Shown: piece after piece, positions 1-7,719 of the stretch
How the letters are laid out: every line of letters starts with the position of its first letter
Numbering within the stretch: position 1 is the stretch's first letter
Source of the DNA: a virus
Taxonomy: Duplodnaviria; Caudoviricetes
Length of the DNA: 25,833 bases
Direction: 5' to 3' (one strand)
IMG/VR virus record: IMGVR_UViG_3300027756_000050
Span: 1-25,833 of that record
Notes under the pieces: generated by a model
Told to the model about the DNA's origin: nothing
What the model saw: only the letters and a program-made list of their open reading frames with translations
Database searches by the model: none
Position numbers and translations under genes: made by a program

Positions 1-34
1 TACTATAAATCTACTGACTAAAACACTATATTTA

Positions 35-373
35 CTATATTTCTATCCAAGTGACTAATTCAATATTTTCGACTATATCACCGTACTCGGTTTCTGAATT
101 TTCGTCACATACACTGTATTCAGACTCTTCTTCTAGAATCCCGCACCAGCCCCTAGTTATTTGACAATTCTCAATTAACTTAAAACTATCTCCTAAAGAG
201 TCAGCAACTCCATCCCTTTGAATAGCAGATGCTAGTGCTCTAGAAACAAGTTCGTTATCCACATCTACCTCACCTAAGGTGTAGTAGACGATTCCTTCTG
301 AGTTGTTTTTACTGTAGCCAGAACCAGCCCACTCACACCAAAGCTCTTCCCCAGGTCTTGTGTCTTTTTTCAT
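35..373 (-). CDS. Hypothetical acidic protein (112 aa)
   Basis: Co-oriented ORF with AAGGA RBS just upstream of ATG; no recognisable motif. Confidence 0.8.
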   Translation of the reverse strand: MKKDTRPGEELWCEWAGSGYSKNNSEGIVYYTLGEVDVDNELVSRALASAIQRDGVADSLGDSFKLIENCQITRGWCGILEEESEYSVCDENSETEYGDIVENIELVTWIEI

Positions 374-388
374 TAGTCCTTCTAGGCT

Positions 389-682
389 CTACTCATCTTC
401 TGTAGAGTAAAAATTAAACTCAAAATCTTTTGAAAACTCGTCATCGGTAAAATATACCTCTTCTTGATTTTTTAACTCGTATATTCCAGCAATAGTTACC
501 GACCCGCACATACAGCAGACCTCTACAGAGCCAGTGTTCACTATCTCTGGCATATCTACACCGACAAGTTTTACAAGGATGTTTCCATCCTCGTTCACAC
601 TCTGAGGCTCCCATTTAGAGTGCTCTTCCATCCAGCACAGTTCGCAAAGAGCCATAGGGCTAAGCATTGAACTGTCTTCCAT
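389..682 (-). CDS. Hypothetical zinc-finger protein (two CxxC pairs, acidic C-terminus)
   Basis: CELC and CCMC motifs. Start preferred at ATG 682 (GAGAAAGG just upstream); ORF-track start 736 has no RBS. Confidence 0.75.
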   Translation of the reverse strand: MEDSSMLSPMALCELCWMEEHSKWEPQSVNEDGNILVKLVGVDMPEIVNTGSVEVCCMCGSVTIAGIYELKNQEEVYFTDDEFSKDFEFNFYSTEDE

Positions 683-743
683 ATATAGCCTTTCTCTAGG
701 CATATCTAGTAGGACAATTCTAGTTGTATTTTCCATTCTAGAT

Positions 744-1016
744 TTATTTTAAATCTGTGTTTATAGAAAGTCTTTTACGTTTCCTTATATCGGTTCTCTC
801 CTTGGGGGTTAGTCCTCCCCAAAAACCAAATAATTCGTTTTTGATGGCCCACTCGGCGCACTCACCGATGTGAATACATTTTCTACATATGGAGCCTGCC
901 ATAGCGTATGTACTCATCGAGTCAACTCTCATATCATCTTTATCATCAGTGTAGAACATCTCTACACCTACTTCTGAACATAACGGTTCTTCAAATTCCC
1001 ATGGGCTACGAGACAC
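744..1016 (-). CDS. whiB: WhiB-family Fe-S transcription factor
   Basis: Four Cys (C...CRKC-x5-C), FGFWGGLTPKER signature, basic C-terminal tail; GTG start with AAGGAGAG RBS. Confidence 0.93.
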   Translation of the reverse strand: MSRSPWEFEEPLCSEVGVEMFYTDDKDDMRVDSMSTYAMAGSICRKCIHIGECAEWAIKNELFGFWGGLTPKERTDIRKRKRLSINTDLK

Positions 1017-1058
1017 TTGGCTCTCCTTTTAAAGTTTGGTTATCTGGTTATTGACGTA

Positions 1059-1391
1059 CTAATTAGTTTTCTTACTCTCCAAACTTCCTACTTCATAACC
1101 ACATGCAGCATAACCAGCAATATCAACCCAAGTGTCAGGTTGGAATCCAGACTTAGAGGCATACCTAGCCACCTTGAGCCCCACCATCATCATTGCAACA
1201 TCTTCGTTGGTAATTTCAATACCTAGAGTTACAGACCAAATTTTTGCTGTTCGTTCAAAATTATCCTCAGGTTTTCCGTATTGCTTATCTCTTTCCCCCG
1301 AAATAATTCTGGCAGCCTCGCGTAGTGCTTCAACACGTAAGGTAGAAGTTTCACTAGTTGTCGTTGTTTCTTCTTGATTATCTGATGTCAT
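1059..1391 (-). CDS. DUF6378-like all-helical protein (possible nucleotide pyrophosphohydrolase / nucleotide-modification-associated domain)
   Basis: R-x3-YG-x-P-x2-NF-x3-A-x2-W, MMVGLKVAR and DTWVDIAGYAAC motifs. Confidence 0.75.
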   Translation of the reverse strand: MTSDNQEETTTTSETSTLRVEALREAARIISGERDKQYGKPEDNFERTAKIWSVTLGIEITNEDVAMMMVGLKVARYASKSGFQPDTWVDIAGYAACGYEVGSLESKKTN

Positions 1392-1596
1392 CTTTTATCC
1401 TCGCTATAACTAGAGCATTGTATTTTTGGGGAAGATTTTTATCAGCAGTGTTATCAACACTTACTTCGTAATTAACGTATTTTAGTGGGTCATCAGAATT
1501 TATGGCAAGGTAGGAAGATATTTCTTCTTTGATGTTGTCAATAATTTCTTGATGATTGTCCCCACCTACAGAGAACTTATATGTAACCGTTTTCAA
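1378..1596 (-). CDS. Hypothetical protein (72 aa)
   Basis: Fills the gap exactly between neighbours: TTG start 1 nt after upstream stop, 14-nt overlap with downstream gene. Confidence 0.7.
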   Translation of the reverse strand: MKTVTYKFSVGGDNHQEIIDNIKEEISSYLAINSDDPLKYVNYEVSVDNTADKNLPQKYNALVIARIKDDIR

Positions 1597-1597
1597 G

Positions 1598-2029
1598 TTA
1601 CAAGCGCTTTTCTAGTTGGTCTGGTCTCAAATGAACTCCGTCTAGAAGAGGAGTTTTATTATCATCGCTTTTGAGAATAATATCTCCATAGCGAATTCCT
1701 ACAACGCGACCCGTTCTTCCATTAAAGTCTTTACCACTCTTGTCATCAAAAGCATCAGACTTTATTCGCACATAATCTGCTAAAACAATAGATCCAGGAG
1801 TGACTTGAACCCAGGTGGCTCCCTTTTCTTCCTTTACAAGGGCGTGACCTAATGACAACTTAGCAAAGATAGCAATAATATCTTTAGAGTAGTCAACTTT
1901 GTGTTCCTTGTTCTTTTCTTTTATTTCCTCCCAAGACTTCAGAAGGGTCAGAACAGAGTCACCAACAATTCTTCTGGTCTTGTTTTTTGTCAGTTGCTCT
2001 TTTACCCAGGCAATATCTACATCAGCCAT
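1598..2029 (-). CDS. Hypothetical protein; helical N-terminus and SH3/KOW-like C-terminal beta domain
   Basis: GAAAGGAA RBS; DYVRIK...NGRTGRVVGIRYGDIILK...LRPDQLEK pattern resembles SH3-fold barrels. Confidence 0.7.
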   Translation of the reverse strand: MADVDIAWVKEQLTKNKTRRIVGDSVLTLLKSWEEIKEKNKEHKVDYSKDIIAIFAKLSLGHALVKEEKGATWVQVTPGSIVLADYVRIKSDAFDDKSGKDFNGRTGRVVGIRYGDIILKSDDNKTPLLDGVHLRPDQLEKRL

Positions 2030-2059
2030 TTTTTATTCCTTTCCTAGTTAGTTTGTTTA

Positions 2060-3070
2060 CTACTTTTGTAACAGTATGTTTCCTATATTTTCTTTTACAC
2101 TCTCCCACGAGGGTATATTTTGAATATAAGATTCCTTTTGCTTTTTAGACAGTTCAACTCTTTCTATAGGGCTCATCTCCTCTATAGCGTGCGGCAGTGT
2201 CGACCACTCTGGGCCCATACTTGTAGTCAATCTCCAGTCAGTAACTGCAGGAACCCCCACATACAGCGCCTGTGACAGGGTTGGGAACCACCAAGGGTTT
2301 CCAGATTTATAGACTGAAACTAGTGCGCCCATAGAACTATTTAATCTAGTTAATATGTCTTTGTTACCTTCCCATTTAGTTGCTCTGTAGTTGACCTGAG
2401 GGTTAGATAGAGACACAGATACTTTACGATACCAATCAGTTTTAGGGTTGTCGATACACCAATAACTTCCATCAGCATAGTTTTGAATCGGGTTATTAAT
2501 TTCTAAAAGGGCAGCGTCTGGTGAGATTAAAAATAATTTTGTTCTATCTACATTAGGTATGTACTTAGTGACTATTTCTTCCTTAGACCAAGGGTAGGAG
2601 GGGATAATTGTTTTAGGCCAAGCGTTTCCATAAAGTTTTTTAGCACCTTCTATGACGTTTTCATAGTTCTTAGGTTCTTGAGCCAACTTATACTCTCTTT
2701 TTTTAGAGTGAAAACTTCCAAAGAAGGAGTCAGGTTTTCTGTATATATCTCCCAAACTAAAATAAAGTTTGTGGGGGTCAATAGTATCCATAAACAGAGA
2801 TAGAGTTCCTAAATCACTAGCGTGATTAATTACAGACAAAGCCCCATATACCCTGTGGGATGCAATACCTGTTGGCTTAGAGACGCCCACCAAAATAGAG
2901 TCATACTGAGACAAATAATCTTTATTCATAGTTACTGAAGGGTCTTGCCAAGTAACATCAAAACCTAATTCAGTCAGAGCAATATTAATAATTCCAGCAA
3001 ATGAAGGGTTCTTTTCGTTTGTATTTTTGGACGCATGAGACGCGGTGCACCCTGTAATCAATACCTTCAT
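2060..3070 (-). CDS. Putative GT-B glycosyltransferase resembling T4 DNA beta-glucosyltransferase
   Basis: MKVLITG start strand, LTELGFDV, LSQYDSILVG, LFMD, SMGALV...LSQALYVGVPAVTD and a terminal helix, all colinear with T4 BGT as recalled; 336 aa; AGAGG RBS. Confidence 0.6.
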   Translation of the reverse strand: MKVLITGCTASHASKNTNEKNPSFAGIINIALTELGFDVTWQDPSVTMNKDYLSQYDSILVGVSKPTGIASHRVYGALSVINHASDLGTLSLFMDTIDPHKLYFSLGDIYRKPDSFFGSFHSKKREYKLAQEPKNYENVIEGAKKLYGNAWPKTIIPSYPWSKEEIVTKYIPNVDRTKLFLISPDAALLEINNPIQNYADGSYWCIDNPKTDWYRKVSVSLSNPQVNYRATKWEGNKDILTRLNSSMGALVSVYKSGNPWWFPTLSQALYVGVPAVTDWRLTTSMGPEWSTLPHAIEEMSPIERVELSKKQKESYIQNIPSWESVKENIGNILLQK

Positions 3071-3094
3071 AGAAACCTCTTATATCTAAGATGA

Positions 3095-3143
3095 TTACTA
3101 GATGTTGTTGTACATTCCCCTGAACAACAACAACACCTAGTAA
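3095..3143 (-). terminator. Long stem-loop downstream of the SSB gene (terminator without U-tract, or processing site)
   Basis: Minus strand TTACTAGGTGTTGTTGT ... ACAACAACATCTAGTAA forms a 17-bp stem with one G-U; no poly-T follows. Confidence 0.6.
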
Positions 3144-3156
3144 ACTCTATCTTTGT

Positions 3157-3669
3157 TTAGAAAGGAGCAGCGGGTGCTGCAGATGGTGCTGGTGCAGGAG
3201 CAGGTGCTGGTGCAGGAGCAGGTGCGGCAGCAGTTACTGGTGCTCCAGTAGCAGGTGCAGTGTTTGGGTAGTAGTTCTTAATTTCATTCTTCTTAGAACC
3301 ATTCCAAGTACGTGTTCCAACTTGAGCACGAAAACGCTTACCATTAATTACTTGCTCAATTTGAGCATTGGTTGGCGCTGGTTGTTGTAGGAAGTAATCA
3401 CGAGGAACACCAAGAGCATGCATCTTCTTGAAAAAGATACCAAGAGCAGCAGGACTATCTGGAGAAACAACTAAGTTATCCCAAACAAGACGCTTGTTGT
3501 GAGCGCCACCCTCAACCTGTGCTTTTACAGAGAACATTGTTTTGCCACTCTGTGTCATTTTGTGTGTGGCTTCTACAACTACAACATCGTAATCGCCATC
3601 TGGAAGCGGATCATAGTTTCCTGATTCGCCTGCTTCTTTGATGAGGTCACCCCAGTTTAGAGTACTCAT
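3157..3669 (-). CDS. DUF669-family single-stranded DNA-binding protein
   Basis: YDPLPDGDYDVVV...SGKTM...RLVWDNL...GKRFRAQV...NEIK pattern; low-complexity tail ending PF; adjacent to AAA_24 ATPase. Confidence 0.8.
   Translation of the reverse strand: MSTLNWGDLIKEAGESGNYDPLPDGDYDVVVVEATHKMTQSGKTMFSVKAQVEGGAHNKRLVWDNLVVSPDSPAALGIFFKKMHALGVPRDYFLQQPAPTNAQIEQVINGKRFRAQVGTRTWNGSKKNEIKNYYPNTAPATGAPVTAAAPAPAPAPAPAPAPSAAPAAPF
3185..3225. repeat. 18-bp coding tandem repeat (GGTGCTGGTGCAGGAGCA x2.3) encoding the Pro-Ala tail
   Basis: Exact copies at 3185-3202 and 3203-3220, partial copy 3221-3225. Confidence 0.9.
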
Positions 3670-3672
3670 GTG

Positions 3673-4452
3673 TTATACCTCTTTCTTTTCTTTAGTGGTT
3701 TTTTCTTCAGCAGTTTGCTTAACTCCAAAAATAGTATTAAGCATTACTTCAATTGATAACTTATCTTGCTCAACGATAGAACCTAGACGACCTTGTACTC
3801 GCTCGCCAGCCTCGTACTCGTTTGTTCTCTCCACATACATACGCCTTACTTTGTAAGGTGCTTGCAGCGGGTCTGGGTTTGGCATTTGCTCTACTGTCAA
3901 CGCACCAAGAATGTCGTAAAAATATGGTGCTTGAATTGCTAGTTGACCTTGCAGATATGGGCGGTGTCTTGCATCCTGACTTGTTCTTGACATAGCAGTC
4001 AATACAACTGCCTCAAGAGGATTTGTAGCGTGCATAGTTAAATCGCGAAGGTCACGAAGAAGACCGCCCATGTGGCGAAGTAGTTCTCCCCATTGTTGCA
4101 TCTTCATTTGCTCTGTGCCAGCGATACTATCCATACACTTCACTTGTAGTTCAGAGATTGAGTCAATAATCAAACTCTTGAAGTGATGCTTTCCAAGTTG
4201 TAACCACTGATAGACCTTAATAACAGTGTCGTAGTCACGAACAGTAACTACAACAGTGTCCCAAGTGCCATCAGCGATTGGTGGTTCCTCGCGAAGAGGA
4301 TCCCAATACTTAACAACGATAGGTAGGAATCGGTGCCCACCCTCAACGTCAAGCATGAGTCGTGGGTATGGAGCAGTTACAGCAAAGGTAGATTTACCTA
4401 CCTTACTTTCACCATACACCATAACCGTAAGAGAGCGTTGGATATCACTCAT
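3673..4452 (-). CDS. AAA_24 / Sak4-like RecA-fold ATPase (single-strand annealing recombinase)
   Basis: Walker A YGESKVGKST, LDVEGG, Walker B LIIDSISE, QQWG; lies between exonuclease and SSB. Confidence 0.85.
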   Translation of the reverse strand: MSDIQRSLTVMVYGESKVGKSTFAVTAPYPRLMLDVEGGHRFLPIVVKYWDPLREEPPIADGTWDTVVVTVRDYDTVIKVYQWLQLGKHHFKSLIIDSISELQVKCMDSIAGTEQMKMQQWGELLRHMGGLLRDLRDLTMHATNPLEAVVLTAMSRTSQDARHRPYLQGQLAIQAPYFYDILGALTVEQMPNPDPLQAPYKVRRMYVERTNEYEAGERVQGRLGSIVEQDKLSIEVMLNTIFGVKQTAEEKTTKEKKEV

Positions 4453-4455
4453 ACG

Positions 4456-5382
4456 TCACTCGCCTCCTTTAGTTTGTGTTTCGTAGTATGCATAAGGATC
4501 AGTCTCCTCATACATTTCACTAAGTGCTTGTTCAGCGGCGCTTCCGTCGTCAAACATTGGGCAGATAGCAAAAAATTGGCATTTCCATTTACAGTCACGA
4601 CTTGGTTTCGGGTAAGCATTGAATGCATGACTCTCACCAGAATCTAAAGCATGTCTTACTCTCATTAGGTCTGTGATTGTTCCGTGAATTCTATTCCAAA
4701 AAGAACGCATAGTAAAGATGTTATGACGAATTTCTATTTGGTCATAGAAGGGAGGCTTAGCGGCCGCGGTTCGGCGAACCTTTTTAAGAAGAGTAAATAT
4801 TCCACCTTCGCTTCTTTCTGCTTCATCTCTTTTAGTAGATTCTAAAAGCATGTATGTCATAACCTGCTCATTCATGTGAGCCATATTTGAAAACTCAGAT
4901 AGAGAGCCTCCTACAGTTTTAAAGTCTCTAAACATTCTTACGCCATCAGCCTTACGACGAACGCGCATATCAAGTTTTCCTTGAAGTTCTACTTCACCAT
5001 TAAACAAGGGTGCAATAATTGTTTCTTCGGTAGATATCATCTCTAGTTCGGCGTCAATTCCGTTTTCTTCTACCCACTGCTCATAACCTTCGAGCATGAT
5101 TCGACCTAACTCGCCTTCTGTTTCAAGGTTAGATACGTCTCTAAAATCTTGCAGTAAAAGTTGTTTGTCTTGCTCAATTAATTCAGCGTGTGCAGTAAGC
5201 AGAGGAACACCCTGAGCATAGTGAGCATCTAAAGCGGCGTGGATTCTACTTCCCATAGCAAGTGGGCCAGTCATGTCTTGATTTTTAGGCTTTAGTCTAC
5301 GATAGTAAGTCAGCCACCACCTACGCCGACAATCTTTAAACGTTTGTAGTTCTGAGTTAGATAGTCTTATAACTCCACTCAT
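4456..5382 (-). CDS. Cas4/RecB-like PD-(D/E)XK exonuclease with Fe-S cysteines
   Basis: LSNSELQTFKDC, GSRIH, GKLD, DFKT, QVMTY, C-terminal CKWKCQFFAIC; ATGA overlap with helicase stop. Confidence 0.88.
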   Translation of the reverse strand: MSGVIRLSNSELQTFKDCRRRWWLTYYRRLKPKNQDMTGPLAMGSRIHAALDAHYAQGVPLLTAHAELIEQDKQLLLQDFRDVSNLETEGELGRIMLEGYEQWVEENGIDAELEMISTEETIIAPLFNGEVELQGKLDMRVRRKADGVRMFRDFKTVGGSLSEFSNMAHMNEQVMTYMLLESTKRDEAERSEGGIFTLLKKVRRTAAAKPPFYDQIEIRHNIFTMRSFWNRIHGTITDLMRVRHALDSGESHAFNAYPKPSRDCKWKCQFFAICPMFDDGSAAEQALSEMYEETDPYAYYETQTKGGE

Positions 5383-7178
5383 AGGTTTCCTGTCTTATCA
5401 TCTTGTAGTAGTTTTAGAAGTTGGTCTTTGTCTTTAACAATTTGTTCAAAATTATCGGCTTTAGTTTCTAAAACTTGGATAACTCTTTCCTCTATAGTTC
5501 CTTCCGTAACATAGTCGGTAATTACTATAGAGTCATGTATTTCGCTTCCGATTCTATGTACGCGGTCTAGTACCTGCTTGTAATCAACTAAAGACCAAGG
5601 TCTTTGAAGCATTATCAGGCGACGAGCAGCGGTAAGTGTGATTCCAACCCCTCCCGCTTGTGCTGTGAACAGAATCCATTTTATGGCTCCAGATTGGAAA
5701 TCGTCAATAGCCTTTTGACGTTCATCTTCATCTTGGTCCCCTGTGATTAATCCATGTGGAATTTTTTTCTTTGTCAACTCTGCGCTGAGCAGATTAATAA
5801 GTTGTTTAGAGACGGCACTTACCGCTACAGAGTCATCTCCAAAGTCCCCGTTTTCAATGTCATCCATCAAAGCATCAATTTTGCAAGAAGGAGAATCTAA
5901 TACTGCCTTAGGCTCACCAGTTACTTCGTTAACAACAATCGTTGCATAAGAACTAGCAAACTGAAGAAGTCTTATCGTCTGAGTTAGAACGCTAGGTGCT
6001 GCAAGAGTGTCTCCAGACTCAAGTTCAGATATCATCAAATCTCTCATCTGTTGATAAGCTTTTTTCTGTTTAGTTGACATCTCTACATCTCTGCGCTCTT
6101 TTAGAACTGGAGGTAGATTAGGTAGTACAACTTTTTTAAGCATGCGTCTCATATATGGATTGATGCTGCTATAAAACTCATCTTGCATCTGAGGCTTAAC
6201 GCCTATGACCATCATTCCGCCAAAAGCGTTAAGCATTACATCAACCATTCGGTCAATCCATTTTGTCTTGCTAGGCCAGTCCTTAGGAGAAATCCAGTGA
6301 AGTATTGACCAAAGATCTACAACATTATTAGCAATAGGTGTTCCAGTTAGTGCAAAGCGAATCTCGGCGCTACCAGAGGCAGACCAAAGAGCACGAGACT
6401 GCTTTGATTTAGGGTCTTTACTTCTATGAATCTCGTCTGCAACTACTGCTTTAAATTTAAAACTGTTTAACTCTCTTAGATGGACTTCGCAACGGTTCTC
6501 GCTAATTTTTTCATCTTGACCCCCGCAAGCCTTGCACCTTGTTAAAGAGATAGAGCCGTAAGGGGAAAGTCTTGAGTGAGAGCGTAAGGACTCCCAATTG
6601 ATGATAAAGATTTCTGCTGGTTCTTCAAACTGCTTTTTGCGTTGAAGAGCAGAGCCTTTGATAACTTGTGTATCTACATCTGGCCACCATGTAGCAAACT
6701 CTCTTGCCCAGTTACTTTTTAGAGTATTAGGGCAGACAATTAAGATAGGGAAAACATCTTCTCCTCTATCGTGTAGTTCTTTTAGGGCTCTAATAGCCTG
6801 AGCAGTCTTACCTAAGCCAGGTTCATCGGCTAGGAGGGCTCTTTTAGCAGTTGCTAGAAAGGCAACCCCTGCTCTTTGATGAGGGAACAGCACCTCATCG
6901 CCTTCATAGGTCTCTAACTCTCTCAAAGCGTTAGCAGGAGCAATTCTTGTCTCTAATTGATTGGCAGCCCAAGCGCCTAAAGTAGGCTTTATCTCTAAAT
7001 CACTACGAAACGTTGAGCGTAGGGCTAAGCAGGTTGTCCAGCTTAAGGGGACTCTCCAAACCTGCTCAGAAGCGCTCCAGGAGGCCCCTGGAAGGCTTTT
7101 ACAGAGCTCTTTGTAGCGCCAGTCAGCACTTATGAGGATGTGCTCCCCTTGAGCGTCTATATCTACAGATACTGCCAC
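5379..7178 (-). CDS. SNF2-family (superfamily 2) helicase/translocase
   Basis: LFPHQ, LLADEPGLGKT, DEIH, LTGTP, GGVGITL, QVLDRVHRIG motifs; GTG start with AAGGAG RBS. Confidence 0.92.
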   Translation of the reverse strand: MAVSVDIDAQGEHILISADWRYKELCKSLPGASWSASEQVWRVPLSWTTCLALRSTFRSDLEIKPTLGAWAANQLETRIAPANALRELETYEGDEVLFPHQRAGVAFLATAKRALLADEPGLGKTAQAIRALKELHDRGEDVFPILIVCPNTLKSNWAREFATWWPDVDTQVIKGSALQRKKQFEEPAEIFIINWESLRSHSRLSPYGSISLTRCKACGGQDEKISENRCEVHLRELNSFKFKAVVADEIHRSKDPKSKQSRALWSASGSAEIRFALTGTPIANNVVDLWSILHWISPKDWPSKTKWIDRMVDVMLNAFGGMMVIGVKPQMQDEFYSSINPYMRRMLKKVVLPNLPPVLKERRDVEMSTKQKKAYQQMRDLMISELESGDTLAAPSVLTQTIRLLQFASSYATIVVNEVTGEPKAVLDSPSCKIDALMDDIENGDFGDDSVAVSAVSKQLINLLSAELTKKKIPHGLITGDQDEDERQKAIDDFQSGAIKWILFTAQAGGVGITLTAARRLIMLQRPWSLVDYKQVLDRVHRIGSEIHDSIVITDYVTEGTIEERVIQVLETKADNFEQIVKDKDQLLKLLQDDKTGNL

Positions 7179-7195
7179 GCTGACTCCTTACCTAT

Positions 7196-7239
7196 ATATG
7201 GACTGAAATATTTTTTAGATTATTTTTTTCTGTCCATAT
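7196..7239. promoter_or_regulatory. Inverted repeat upstream of the helicase gene (operator or hairpin)
   Basis: ATATGGACtGAAA (7196-7208) and TTTCtGTCCATAT (7227-7239): 12 of 13 complementary around an 18-nt AT-rich spacer. Confidence 0.5.
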
Positions 7240-7719
7240 CTATTTTAGCAGAACTACTGGCTTCCAACCGCTTTTAACCAACTTTAAAAGGGCGTGTCGT
7301 ATGGCATCGTTTGCGTGCCCTTCCCCGCCTTTATGCCAAGTACCTAGCTTTTTTAGAGCCTCGTTGGGGAACATAGTTTTAGCATCAACAGGGGATTGAA
7401 AAACAATTTTTTCAGGGTCATATTCCTTAGTTCGACACATATGCTTTAAAACCCCTATCTGTTCAAGGCTAAAGGGTGCCTGTGAGTTTCTTACTGTTTG
7501 AGCAGTAATAACAAATCGTTCACAGACCACCACAACATTATCGTAGGACTGGGTAGAAGAAAAAGCAATAGACATAGCAGTCTCTATCCAAGAAGCAAAT
7601 GTCTCTGGGTCAACCTCTGCTGACATTTTTACTACGGGAGTCTCTTCTGGCAAGCCAGACCACTCAACTAAACAAACCCCTGTTGCCTTGCCAGGATCTA
7701 CAGACACTATGTATTTCAT
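7240..7719 (-). CDS. RuvC-like Holliday junction resolvase
   Basis: IVSVDPGKATG, VVVCERF and HANDAIRH acidic catalytic motifs of the RNase H/RuvC fold. Confidence 0.8.
   Translation of the reverse strand: MKYIVSVDPGKATGVCLVEWSGLPEETPVVKMSAEVDPETFASWIETAMSIAFSSTQSYDNVVVVCERFVITAQTVRNSQAPFSLEQIGVLKHMCRTKEYDPEKIVFQSPVDAKTMFPNEALKKLGTWHKGGEGHANDAIRHALLKLVKSGWKPVVLLK

Noticed and set aside
4456-5382. Cas4-like gene as a sign of CRISPR-Cas
   Set aside because: No array or other cas genes; context is a standard phage recombination cassette
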